A DNA stretch of 64,000 nucleotides from Ostreococcus lucimarinus (taxonomy: Eukaryota), in NCBI GenBank assembly GCA_000092065.1, contig CP000584.1; one strand, 5' to 3'. Below are positions 39,859 to 49,172 of the stretch, piece after piece. Position numbers and translations under genes: made by a program. Below the pieces are notes generated by a model. The model made no database searches. It saw nothing but the letters and a program-made list of their open reading frames with translations, and was not told where the DNA came from. Each line of letters opens with the position of its first letter. The first letter of the stretch is position 1.

Positions 39859-41631
39859 ATGCGACGCAGGGCGATGATGGCGCGAGCAAAGAATGTGGAG
39901 TTGCGCTCGAGCGAGGACGTCGGCGCGGCGAAGACGTACGAGGAGGCGGCGCCGCGCGCGGACACGCCGCCCAAGCGCGAACGGAGCGTGGAGGCGGCGA
40001 GTGAGTCGGCGGCGGACGAAGAGGCAACGCGTAAAGAAGCGATGCTCATCGAAACGTTCGATTCATCGCGGGCACCGAGGGGCCGAGGCGAAGGCGTCGC
40101 GGGGTCTCGTCGAGCGACGCCGAACGCGTCGATTGACGAACGCGCGCCAGGCGCGGGATTGCGGCTGAAAGGGAACGAAGCGATGAAGTGCGGCGATTTT
40201 GCACTCGCACAGGCGTTATACGGCGAAGCGCTGGATGCCGCGCGAGAAGAGGATGCGCATCTTCGAGCGGTGGTGTTTTGTAATCGCGCGTTGGCGTTTC
40301 ACAAGATGAACGAATACGATGCCGCGTTGTGCGACGCCAAGTGCGCGGAAGAGCTCGCGCCGACTTGGAGTAAACCCAAGCATAGACTCGCTGAGGCGTG
40401 TTTACGCCTGGGGTCGTACACTCTCGCCGTCACATACGCGCGTCTGGGCGAAAAACTCCAGTTCGAGGAGGGCGATTTCAGCAAATCGTTTCGCGACGTG
40501 CTGGACGAAATCGCGATTTGCGCCGCGGAGGACGGGTCCGTCGCCGGGTTTGACGGCAAATTAATTTACGTCCGAAGCGCGGGCGAAGACGCATGGCTCG
40601 GACGAGAGGCTCCTTTGAACGCGGCTTTCGATGAGCTAGAAGGCGAAGTCGCGGATCCTATGTTTGGTGGCGGCTCGGCGAAGGACGCGAATTCGATGAA
40701 ACCCGTGCACGCGAGGTCACTTCCGGAGGCAATTTCTAAAGCAAACGACGGTGACCGCATACTCTTACTGCGTGGCGTTCACAACGGGCTCGGAACCGTG
40801 GTTGAGATTGACAAGCGCGTGCTCATACGAGGCGAAGGCGCGCTTCGAGACACGACGTGCGATTGCCGAAACAACGCGGCGTTATTTCGCATCAAGCGTC
40901 CGTGCGTGATTCAAAATCTCGACATCGATTTCACAGGGTTTAGCGAGGCGATTCGCATCAAGGGAGATTCGCGCGTGAACGCGTTGATCGAGAATTGCGT
41001 GATCAGATCGAGCGGCGGCGACTGCGTTGCGGTCGGTGGCAAATCTGCGCCGACATTTCGCAACTGCTCAATCACGGGAAAATTGAGCGGCGTTCGCTCG
41101 TACGCCCAAGCAACGCCGACGTTTATCGATTGCAACATCACGCGCTCGGGATTACAGGGCGTGCTCGCCATGAAGGAATCACGAGTCATCATGCACGGCT
41201 GCGCGGTGCAAAACAACGAAGAAGACGGCGTCGTCGTCATGGAACAGTCCAACGTGGTGATGAGCAAATGCGTCGTACAAGACAACAAAGGCCCGGGCGT
41301 GGACGTTTCGAATACGGCAAAGGTTGTCGTGAACGATTGCGACATCGACGCCAATGTCGGCGGACTGTGGCTGTGGGACCATTCGTGCGCGCACGTCGCC
41401 GCGTCCAGCGTGAACGGGGGCAAATCTCACGCCGTGCTCGTCGACGTCAACGCTCGCGCGAATTGTCGCAGAACCAAAATCATCGGCGTCGTGCACGCGT
41501 CGGAGACGGGCGCGCGGGGCGTTCGGGGCGAAGGCACCGTCGTCGAGACGTTGGAAACGCCCACGTCGCTTCCCCAAGAAGCCAAAGGCGCGTTCAAGCA
41601 CGACCCGTGCGGCTTTTCACGAAAACAATAA
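39859..41631 (+). CDS. Protein with N-terminal TPR repeats and a C-terminal right-handed parallel beta-helix (PbH1) repeat region.
   Basis: TPR segment GLRLKGNEAMKCGDFALAQALYGEALDAAREED...CNRALAFHKMNEYDAALCDAKCAEELAP. Repeated beta-helix rungs NCVIRSSGGDCVAV / NCSITGKLSGV / DCNITRSGLQGV / GCAVQNNEEDGVVV / KCVVQDNKGPGVDV / DCDIDANVGGLWL. Confidence 0.7.
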   Translation: MRRRAMMARAKNVELRSSEDVGAAKTYEEAAPRADTPPKRERSVEAASESAADEEATRKEAMLIETFDSSRAPRGRGEGVAGSRRATPNASIDERAPGAGLRLKGNEAMKCGDFALAQALYGEALDAAREEDAHLRAVVFCNRALAFHKMNEYDAALCDAKCAEELAPTWSKPKHRLAEACLRLGSYTLAVTYARLGEKLQFEEGDFSKSFRDVLDEIAICAAEDGSVAGFDGKLIYVRSAGEDAWLGREAPLNAAFDELEGEVADPMFGGGSAKDANSMKPVHARSLPEAISKANDGDRILLLRGVHNGLGTVVEIDKRVLIRGEGALRDTTCDCRNNAALFRIKRPCVIQNLDIDFTGFSEAIRIKGDSRVNALIENCVIRSSGGDCVAVGGKSAPTFRNCSITGKLSGVRSYAQATPTFIDCNITRSGLQGVLAMKESRVIMHGCAVQNNEEDGVVVMEQSNVVMSKCVVQDNKGPGVDVSNTAKVVVNDCDIDANVGGLWLWDHSCAHVAASSVNGGKSHAVLVDVNARANCRRTKIIGVVHASETGARGVRGEGTVVETLETPTSLPQEAKGAFKHDPCGFSRKQ

Positions 41632-41676
41632 TCTCACATTCCTCCGCAATCCATCGCCCGCGTTCGCGCGCGCCGC

Positions 41677-42258
41677 CTATTCGTCCCCGAAATCGAACCC
41701 GCCGCTCTCGACGAGTCGCGCTTCGTCGTCCGTCGCCGTCGCCGTCGTCCCCGCGTCGACGTCGATCCTCGCGCGACGTCGTTCGCGCGTCGCGTCTCCC
41801 TCCTCTCGCGCGCGCGTCCGCCTCCGCGCGTCGTCCTCGCGAATCGCGCGCTTCGCCTCCGCGGTTCTCGCCCTCGCCTTCGCGTTCGCGTCGTCGCGTT
41901 CTCGCCGCGCGTCGTCTCGCGCCCTCTCGTTCGCCCTCGCGCTTTCGATCGCCCTCGCGCACGTCTCCGCGAGTCCTTCCCCTCCCGCCCGTCGCGTCCT
42001 CGCCGATTCCTCGCCCCCGTACGCGCGCGCCGCGCCGTCGCCCGCGCGTCCGCGCGACCACGCCGTGTGCGTCGGTTCGCCGTCGCGCGCGGTCGGCATC
42101 GTCGCGCCGCGAAACCCGTGTCGCGCGAGCGCCTCCATCGACACCGCCGCGCGTCGCGCCGTCGCGCCTTTCGTCGTTTTTTCTTCCCCGTCGTCGTCGT
42201 CGTCGTCGTCGTCGTCGCTCGACGTCGCGCCGAGCGCGTCCATGAATTTCGCCGGCAT
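41677..42258 (-). CDS. Hypothetical highly charged (Asp/Glu/Arg/Ala-rich) protein starting MPAKFMDALGATSSDDDDDDDDDGEEK. Whether it is really coding is uncertain.
   Basis: 193-codon ORF with a poly-Asp run and a C-terminus ...LVESGGFDFGDE. It sits in a zone of heavy GC-driven ORF overlap. Confidence 0.3.
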   Translation of the reverse strand: MPAKFMDALGATSSDDDDDDDDDGEEKTTKGATARRAAVSMEALARHGFRGATMPTARDGEPTHTAWSRGRAGDGAARAYGGEESARTRRAGGEGLAETCARAIESARANERARDDARRERDDANAKARARTAEAKRAIREDDARRRTRAREEGDATRERRRARIDVDAGTTATATDDEARLVESGGFDFGDE

Positions 42259-42510
42259 GCGCGCGGCGACCGACCGCGACCGCGCGACTGTGTTTGCAGT
42301 CCCGATACACATTTCGCGAATCGTCGCGCGCACGCGATGCGTTAAATACGGTTAAATACGGCGCGACGGCGACGCGAGCTCCGGCGCGCGCGGCGACCGA
42401 CCGCGACCGCGCGACTGTGTTTGCAGTCCCGATACACATTTCGCGAATCGTCGCGCGCACGCGATGCGTTAAATACGGCGCGACGGCGACGCGAGCTCCG
42501 GCGCGCGCGC
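42252..42510. repeat. Tandem direct duplication of a ~117-nt unit. The first copy carries an extra 10-nt TTAAATACGG duplication, giving a 127-nt period.
   Basis: cggcgaccgaccgcgaccgcgcgactgtgtttgcagtcccgatacacatttcgcgaatcgtcgcgcgcacgcgatgcgttaaatacggcgcgacggcgacgcgagctccggcgcgcgc occurs twice, back-to-back, starting near 42264 and 42391. Confidence 0.85.
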
Positions 42511-42736
42511 GCTGACGTGGCGAACCGAAACGGCGCCGTCGTCGCCGCACACCTCGACGGCGCGCGCGACGCGACGGCGCGCGACGCCGGCGCGACGGAC
42601 GACGGCGCGCGCGCGGGCGGGCGAATCGACCGCGCGCGCGATTCGCGACGCGCGACCGGGCGCGCGAGGACGACGCGCGTCGCGCGAGGACGACGCGCGA
42701 GGACGACGCGGGACGTGCTGACGCGGCGTCGCGGCG

Positions 42737-43411
42737 ATGGCGACGCTCGCGCGCGTGCCGCGCGCGCGGAGCGGCACGGAACTGAGCGGGATGGAGGCGA
42801 AGAGCGCGAAAACGACGTCGACGACGACGCAGACGGGCGCGAGCGGGGCAGGGGCGACGCGAGGGAAGGGAAGGCGAAGCTGCGTGAAGGCGGCGCGCGG
42901 GCGCGGGACGGCGAAGCGACGCGGACCGCGCGTCGCGTTCGCGCGCGAGGTGTGCGAGGTGATCGGACGCGCGGATGCGGACGTCGATCGAACGCCCAGG
43001 GGTGAACCGTCGAAGTGTTCGTCGTGTGGATTGCACGTCGTCGGGTACTCGTTCGAGTGTTTGGCGTGCGCGGGGGCGGGCGCGGGGAACGACGGCGGCG
43101 CGTACGCGCTGTGCGCGATGTGCTTTACGGCGCACGCGCACTTGACGGCGGCGCCGGAGTTGGCGCGAGCGCACGGGATCACGTATTTGATTCACAAACA
43201 CGCGCCGTCTGTGTTCGTCAGAGGCGGGGACGACGATCAGATGATGCTCGATGAGATTTTGCGAGATCGTCGCGAGCTCATGGTCAACGGCGGCGCGCCG
43301 CCCGAGCGCGAAGCCTCGACCGGGGACCTCGAGCGGTGTTTTGAACGCGAGCGTCAGCCGAGCGCGGGGAGCGACGAATCGGAGGATGTTTTGCAGTATT
43401 GTCCCGTGTGA
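42737..43411 (+). CDS. Hypothetical protein with a ZZ-type zinc-finger-like Cys/His cluster.
   Basis: KCSSCGLHVVGYSFECLACAG...YALCAMCFTAHAH fits CxxC-x7-G-x4-CxxC...(Y)xLCxxC-x4-HxH. The rest is low complexity. Confidence 0.4.
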   Translation: MATLARVPRARSGTELSGMEAKSAKTTSTTTQTGASGAGATRGKGRRSCVKAARGRGTAKRRGPRVAFAREVCEVIGRADADVDRTPRGEPSKCSSCGLHVVGYSFECLACAGAGAGNDGGAYALCAMCFTAHAHLTAAPELARAHGITYLIHKHAPSVFVRGGDDDQMMLDEILRDRRELMVNGGAPPEREASTGDLERCFERERQPSAGSDESEDVLQYCPV

Positions 43412-43482
43412 TCATCTCGCGCGAGGCTGATGTTTTGTTGTACTTTTAGACCTCATTCTTTTCTCAATATCACAGACTAGTG

Positions 43483-44889
43483 TCACTTCTTCTTCGCCGC
43501 CTCGCGACCTCGAGCGATGGCGAGATCAAACATCCGTTTCAAGTCTGCGTTATCACCGTCGACTTGCAAACCCTCAAAAAACGCTAACGCGGCGTCTTCG
43601 TACTCCTCTAACTCTAGCGCGGCCTCGCCCTCGCGGTACCACGCCTTGATGAACATCGGATCGAGCGTCCTCGACGCGCGCGCGTCGTCCCTCGCGCCTT
43701 CGTATTTCTTGAGCTTTAGACGCGCCGCCGCGCGATTCGCCCACGTCTTCGCGCACGAACCATCCTGTTCGAGGGATGACGAGTACTCCGTTTCTGCCTC
43801 TTCGAATTTCCCCGCCACGAACGCTTCGTTACCCGCACGTTTCGTCTTCGCCGCCGCCTCGGCGTCTCGCGTGACGAATCGTTCCGAGGTCGACGCTGGC
43901 GCCTCGCCGGCGTCGACGCCACTGTCTCTTTGCATCGCGCTCAGTTTCGCGGCGACGCGCGCGATGATGGCATCCGTCGTCCACTCGCCCTCGTCATCGG
44001 GCGTCGTCACGGGTAGCAACACGTCGACGACGACGCGCCTCTTCGTCGCCGCGGCGGCGTGAATCGCCTTCATGCCTCCCGAATCCGCCTTGTCGGCGTC
44101 GGCGCCGCCCTTCAACAGCGCCTTCACCATCGCCTCCGAGCACGTCTCCGTCGCGGGATGCGCGGCGGCGATGTGCAACGCCGTCATACTCCCCTCCGGT
44201 CCCGCGTTCACGTTCGCGCCGGCGTCAATCAACACCTCCACGCTCTTCAAATCTCCCGAAGCGCACGCGAGCGCCGTCGCCGCGACGCCGCCCTCGAGCG
44301 CGACGTCACACCTCGCCCCGTGCTTCAACAGCGTCTCCAGCATCCCCGAGCACCCTCTCATCGCCGCCACCAGCAACGGCGTCCCCACGTTCGCGCACCG
44401 CTGTTCGATCGCCTCCGATATCGTCAGCCCGTACGTCCCGCTCGCGAGCGTCCGCAGCGCCTCCTCGCAGCGCGTCGCGTCCGCGCCGATCCCTTTCGCG
44501 TGCGCCCCCATGACGATCTGATGCATCGCTCCCGCCCCAGATTTCGTTAATTTCCTCGCGTCCGCTCCCAGGCTCACCAGCGTCTTCACGCACTCGACGT
44601 GTCCGAGCGCCGCCGCCGTCGTGAGCGCGGTGAAGCCCTCGGCGTCGGGCGCGTCGGCGTCGCACCCGAGCTCGCACACCAGCGCCTTGAGCACGCCGAC
44701 GTCCCCTCGCGCCGCCGCGACGTGCGCGCAAGACCGTCCATCGCCGTCGACGATCGTCGCGACCGCGGACGCGCCGTGCGCGAACGCCGTGGACGCCGCG
44801 CGGACGTCGTCGGCGCCGCCGAGCTGAATGGCGCGCATGAGCGTCTGCAGCGCCTCGACGTCGTTCGTCGCGGGCGCGCGACGCGACAT
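43483..44889 (-). CDS. Ankyrin-repeat protein with C-terminal TPR repeats. Start taken at [14 protein letters not shown].
   Basis: Repeated ankyrin units GxTALxxAAxxGHxxxVKxLVxxGAD (e.g. [43 protein letters not shown]...[12 protein letters not shown]). TPR-like [24 protein letters not shown]...[19 protein letters not shown]. Confidence 0.75.
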   Translation of the reverse strand: MSRRAPATNDVEALQTLMRAIQLGGADDVRAASTAFAHGASAVATIVDGDGRSCAHVAAARGDVGVLKALVCELGCDADAPDAEGFTALTTAAALGHVECVKTLVSLGADARKLTKSGAGAMHQIVMGAHAKGIGADATRCEEALRTLASGTYGLTISEAIEQRCANVGTPLLVAAMRGCSGMLETLLKHGARCDVALEGGVAATALACASGDLKSVEVLIDAGANVNAGPEGSMTALHIAAAHPATETCSEAMVKALLKGGADADKADSGGMKAIHAAAATKRRVVVDVLLPVTTPDDEGEWTTDAIIARVAAKLSAMQRDSGVDAGEAPASTSERFVTRDAEAAAKTKRAGNEAFVAGKFEEAETEYSSSLEQDGSCAKTWANRAAARLKLKKYEGARDDARASRTLDPMFIKAWYREGEAALELEEYEDAALAFFEGLQVDGDNADLKRMFDLAIARGREAAKKK

Positions 44890-45294
44890 GGCGCGCGACG
44901 CGACGAACGACGATTGACGACTCCGCGCGCGCGCGCGCGAGGGCGGGACGCGCGGGCGAGCGACGCAATGGCGACGCGATGGCGTCGGCGACCGAACGGC
45001 ATTCGCCGCGCGGCATTCGCCGACGCCGCGCGTCGAACGATCGCGCGCGCGAGGCGCGGACGCGACGCGCGGACGCGTCCGCGACGCGCGCGCGCGCGTC
45101 GAGCGCGCGCGAGAGACGCGGCGAGGAGGCATCGACGGGACGACGCGCGAGGCGTTGAATCATTCCGACGCATTCGCGGTGATATCTCTCGCGCGCGCGC
45201 GTGCGAGCGACGGCGGACGGCGCGAGGGGGCGACGAGCGTCGAGCGTCGACGCGAGGCGCGATCGAGGGGCGCGGGCGCGCGGGCGCGAGTGCG

Positions 45295-46212
45295 ATGAGT
45301 CACGAGCTCGACGGGTGGATCGCGGCGCTGCGCAAATGCGAGCCATTGGAGGAAGACGACGTCAAGCGATTGTGTCAGATGGCGATCGAGATCTTGGTGG
45401 AAGAGTCGAACGTGCAGACGATCGATTCGCCGGTGACGATATGCGGGGACATTCACGGGCAGTTTTACGATTTGTTGGAACTGTTTAAAGTCGGCGGCGA
45501 CTGCCCGGATACAAACTATTTGTTCATGGGGGACTTCGTCGATCGCGGGTTTTACAGCGTGGAGACGTTTTTGTTGCTCCTGGCGCTGAAGGTGAGGTAC
45601 CCGGATCGAATGTATCTCATTCGGGGGAATCACGAGTGTCGACAGATCACGCAGGTGTACGGGTTTTACGACGAGTGTTTGCGCAAATACGGGAGCGTCA
45701 ACGTGTGGCGATATTGCACGGATGTGTTCGATTACCTTTCGTTGTCTGCGCTCATAGATAACAAGATATTTTGCGTGCACGGGGGGTTGTCCCCGAGCAT
45801 CACGACGATCGATCAGATTCGAACGATCGATCGTAAACAAGAGGTGCCGCACGAAGGCGCGATGTGCGATTTGCTTTGGAGCGACCCCGAGGACGTCTCC
45901 GGCTGGGGGCTTTCCCCTCGAGGGGCGGGGTATTTGTTCGGCGACGACGTGTGCACGTCGTTCACACAGACGAATAGCGTAGACATGATCGCGCGAGCGC
46001 ATCAGCTCGTGATGGAGGGGTACAAGTGGATGTTTAACAAACGGCTCGTCACTGTGTGGTCGGCGCCGAATTACTGCTACCGCTGCGGCAACGTCGCGGC
46101 CATCTTAGAACTGGACGAAAACCTGGCGCACGACTTCAAGGTTTTCGAGGCGGCACCGCAAGAGGCGCGCGGGGTGCCGGCGAAGAGGGCGACGCCCGAT
46201 TACTTCCTGTAA
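45295..46212 (+). CDS. PPP4C: Serine/threonine protein phosphatase 4 catalytic subunit (PPP family, PP4c/PPX).
   Basis: Near-identical to PP4c across its full length: [16 protein letters not shown]...[16 protein letters not shown]...[14 protein letters not shown]...[21 protein letters not shown]...[20 protein letters not shown]...DYFL. Confidence 0.9.
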   Translation: MSHELDGWIAALRKCEPLEEDDVKRLCQMAIEILVEESNVQTIDSPVTICGDIHGQFYDLLELFKVGGDCPDTNYLFMGDFVDRGFYSVETFLLLLALKVRYPDRMYLIRGNHECRQITQVYGFYDECLRKYGSVNVWRYCTDVFDYLSLSALIDNKIFCVHGGLSPSITTIDQIRTIDRKQEVPHEGAMCDLLWSDPEDVSGWGLSPRGAGYLFGDDVCTSFTQTNSVDMIARAHQLVMEGYKWMFNKRLVTVWSAPNYCYRCGNVAAILELDENLAHDFKVFEAAPQEARGVPAKRATPDYFL

Positions 46213-46238
46213 TGGTATTTAGAAATTTCACGCCGACG

Positions 46239-47096
46239 CTACCGTTTTCGGCAAAAGCTCAAGCCGTCGCCGACGGGAATCATACTATAACTCACGCGTT
46301 CGTCCCCGGCGACGAACTCGTTGAACGCGCGAATGGCCTCGGTCTGTTTATCGTTCACCTCGGCGTCGGCGACTTTACCGTACCACAGCACGTTGTCCAC
46401 GATTATCAAACCGCCCGGCCGCACGAGCTCGAGCAGCGCCTCGTAATACTCCCTATACGCGCGTTTATCGGCATCTATGAACCCTAAATCGAACGACCCC
46501 GCCCCGTGCGCGTCCAACAACTCCCTCACGCTCTCCTTCGCGTCGCCAAACTTCTCCTTTACGATCCCCTCGACCCCCGCGCGCGCCCAATACCGTCTCG
46601 CCGTCGCCAGCGCTTCCTCGCTCTTATCGCACGCGTACAGCGCTCCCTCGCCTCGCATCGCGAGCGCCATCGCGATCGAGCTGTACCCGGTGTACGTGCC
46701 GATCTCGACGACGCGCCGCGCGCCGATCATCTCCACCGCGAGCGCCAGCAGCGCGCCCTGCTCCGGCGCCACCTGCATGCGCGCGCCGCGCAGCGCGCTC
46801 GTCTCCTCTCGCAGCGCGCGCAGCACCGCGGGCTCGCGCGTGTGACGCAGCACGTACGCGTACAGGTCATCGCTCATCACCAGCGGCGCCGTGTTCCACG
46901 GCCCCGTCGACGACGACGACGCGCTCGACGACGACGCGCGCGCGAGGACGGGACGTCGACCGGCGGCGGCGGCGACGACGCGCGCGCGCGACGCGCGCGA
47001 CGGCGACGCGCGCGACGACGCGGGCGGCGACGCGAACGAGCGCCGCGTCGCCGCGCGCGCCGCGCGGTGCATCGCGCGCGTCGCGCGCGTCGTCAT
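46239..47096 (-). CDS. Cation-dependent class I O-methyltransferase (caffeoyl-CoA OMT-like, Methyltransf_3) with a Ser/Arg/Ala-rich presequence. Start taken at MTTRATRAM.
   Basis: VVEIGTYTGYSSIAMALAM...DLGFIDADKRAYREYYEALLELVRPGGLIIVDNVLWYGKV. Confidence 0.8.
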   Translation of the reverse strand: MTTRATRAMHRAARAATRRSFASPPASSRASPSRASRARVVAAAAGRRPVLARASSSSASSSSTGPWNTAPLVMSDDLYAYVLRHTREPAVLRALREETSALRGARMQVAPEQGALLALAVEMIGARRVVEIGTYTGYSSIAMALAMRGEGALYACDKSEEALATARRYWARAGVEGIVKEKFGDAKESVRELLDAHGAGSFDLGFIDADKRAYREYYEALLELVRPGGLIIVDNVLWYGKVADAEVNDKQTEAIRAFNEFVAGDERVSYSMIPVGDGLSFCRKR

Positions 47097-47406
47097 TCGC
47101 GCGCGCGAGTGCGCCGACGCCGACGCGACGCGCGCCGAAACGCCTCGGCGAAAACGCACGGACGCGACCGCACAGCGCGACCGATGGCGACGGACGGCGC
47201 GCGCGGCGGCGGCGCGACGGCGACGGACGCGAAAAAAAACGATGGACGCACGATTTGGTCGTACAGGGACGAGTGCCAGACGTGGCGCAACTACGACGCG
47301 TCGAAGGGGTTGCGATACACGCGAGAATCGATCGATGCGGTGCGTTCGAAGACGTCGCGCGCGCGATGGTCGGAACGACGCGACTGACGGCGCGCGAACG
47401 ACGCAG

Positions 47407-47808
47407 ATGACGCGCGCGCACGAGTCGTTCGGGGAGCTGACGAAAGACTTGGACATGGACATCGATGATCCGGGGGAGCGGGCGTTGAATATTTTGAGAA
47501 GGGAACGCGCGGATCCGACGAGGCCGCCGGACGAGCCGACGCCGTTGCGGTTGAAACCGTTCGACGCCTCGCCGGGAGACGAGACGTGCGTGGTGAAGTA
47601 TACGTTTAGAAATGAACTCACGACGATCGGGGAGGTCGTCGAGGAGTTGGCGGAGATGCTGGGATTGATGCCGTGCGCGGTGTCGCTCGTGCACGCGGGG
47701 CGCGAGCTCGGGCCGCTCGAGCACACGTTGACCGATTGCGGTGTTTGCGCGAATTACGTGGTGTACTGGCGCGTGAAAAATGGCATCGCGGTGGTGACCA
47801 CCGCGTGA
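47407..47808 (+). CDS. Small hypothetical protein with a ubiquitin-like (beta-grasp) C-terminal segment. An upstream exon is possible.
   Basis: CVVKYTFRNELTTIGEVVEELAEMLGLMPCAVSLVHAGRELGPLEHTLTDCGVCANYVVYWRVK. The upstream part of the ORF is Arg-rich antisense to the OMT gene. Confidence 0.35.
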   Translation: MTRAHESFGELTKDLDMDIDDPGERALNILRRERADPTRPPDEPTPLRLKPFDASPGDETCVVKYTFRNELTTIGEVVEELAEMLGLMPCAVSLVHAGRELGPLEHTLTDCGVCANYVVYWRVKNGIAVVTTA

Positions 47809-47860
47809 TGTAATTTATCGTACTGAGCTAGCGTGCTACGTCTACGTTCCTAATGCGTTG

Positions 47861-49090
47861 CTAATCGCGCTTCTTCCCGGCGCGGCGAAACCGCGCGACG
47901 CTTCGCGCCACTTGCGTCGACAAGAGCGTCTGCGTGCACGCGTACACCAGAGTGATGGCGTAGTAGAAATTTGCGTTCGCAACCCGAGTGTGTATCCACA
48001 TGTACCACGTCAAAGGGCTCAACAGAGCGACGTACAAGAAACCTCCCGCGATGACGGCGCCGTACTTGACGTACACCAACGGATTTCCACGATCGTCCAT
48101 GGCGACGACGGAGAGCAGGGAAACGTACGTCACGAAATCGTTCGCGGTCGGATACGGCGCGCACGTCGAGATGGCTATCAAACACAACGTCATGGCGACG
48201 AGAGGATCGTCTGCGAACCCAAGCGTCAGCGGCGCGGACAGGGCCAGCGGAATCGCGTTCAGAGCGACGACGTAAAACAGACGAAACTGATCAAACATCG
48301 TCGTGAATAGATACCAATGCAACCCAAGATTCGGCGTTTGATCTTCGCTCATCACCGCGAACGTCACCGCGGCGCGCCACCACTTCGGAAAATCGTCCCC
48401 CATCGCGACGAAGGACGCCGCGGCGGCGACCGCAAACGCGCCCGCGAACCGCCCCGCGCTCACCACCGCTCGACCTCCTCGACTTTTCACCGCGCGCGCG
48501 CTCGTCCACATCAGCGCCGGTGCGAGCGCGACGTAATGCGGGTTCAGTTGCGCCGCCAACGCGAACGCGACGCCCGCGACGACGTCGTTCCCGAGCGTCG
48601 CCGCCAACGCGCTCGCGTACGCGCACGCCCGCGTCGCCGTCGCCGTCGTCCGCGCCAAGCGCGCCATCGCGTGCAGCGGATTCATCGCATACATCGCGTA
48701 CACTCGTCTCACTTTCCCCTCGTCGCGCGTCACGCCGCACGCGAGCGCGCACAGCGCCGCCGCCGCCAACGCGTCCGCCGCCGTCGTCGCCAAGTCCAAT
48801 CCGAATCCACCCCCGAGCGCGCCCGCCGCCGCCACCGTCCACGGGTGCCCGTGAAACGCGCTCCCGTCGTACGCCGACGCGCCCAGCGCGCGCGCCGCGT
48901 GCGCGCCCTCGAGCGTCTTTCGCACCGCGTCCGTCGCCGCGCTCAGCTCGATGCGTTTGCTCAGCGCGTCGCGCGCGAACGGCGCCACCGCGCTCGCGAC
49001 GCCGACGCACGCGCCGTAAATCGCGACGTGCGCGACGAAGGCGCACCGCGCCGCCCTCCAGCGCGCGCGCGCGGCGTCGCGCGACGCCAT
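47861..49090 (-). CDS. PIGU: GPI transamidase subunit PIG-U (CDC91-like). Start taken at MASRDAARARW and is uncertain by 1-2 nt.
   Basis: DQTPNLGLHWYLFTTMFDQFRLFYVVALNAIPLAL...YPTANDFVTYVSLLSVV and WYMWIHTRVANANFYYAITLVYACTQTLL are collinear with human PIG-U ([20 protein letters not shown]... / [20 protein letters not shown]...). Confidence 0.8.
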   Translation of the reverse strand: MASRDAARARWRAARCAFVAHVAIYGACVGVASAVAPFARDALSKRIELSAATDAVRKTLEGAHAARALGASAYDGSAFHGHPWTVAAAGALGGGFGLDLATTAADALAAAALCALACGVTRDEGKVRRVYAMYAMNPLHAMARLARTTATATRACAYASALAATLGNDVVAGVAFALAAQLNPHYVALAPALMWTSARAVKSRGGRAVVSAGRFAGAFAVAAAASFVAMGDDFPKWWRAAVTFAVMSEDQTPNLGLHWYLFTTMFDQFRLFYVVALNAIPLALSAPLTLGFADDPLVAMTLCLIAISTCAPYPTANDFVTYVSLLSVVAMDDRGNPLVYVKYGAVIAGGFLYVALLSPLTWYMWIHTRVANANFYYAITLVYACTQTLLSTQVARSVARFRRAGKKRD

Positions 49091-49172
49091 CGCGCGACGA
49101 CGCCGTGGTTTGACGCCGTGACGTCGACGCCGCGCGACAACGCGACGCGACGCGACGACGACGACGCGACGG

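Noticed and set aside
41594-43201. 535-aa Arg-rich ORF (with 20443-21438 -, 15603-16940 -, 18171-19067 -, 48291-49583 -, 44306-45346 - and 25970-27220 + of the same kind).
   Set aside because: Composition is >30% Arg with Ala/Gly and no motifs. Each overlaps a well-supported gene on the other strand or a repeat, so each is a GC-bias artefact.
46891-47406. Long N-terminal extension of ORF 46891-47808.
   Set aside because: It is antisense to the O-methyltransferase gene and Arg/Asp-rich. Only the 47407-47808 portion looks protein-like.
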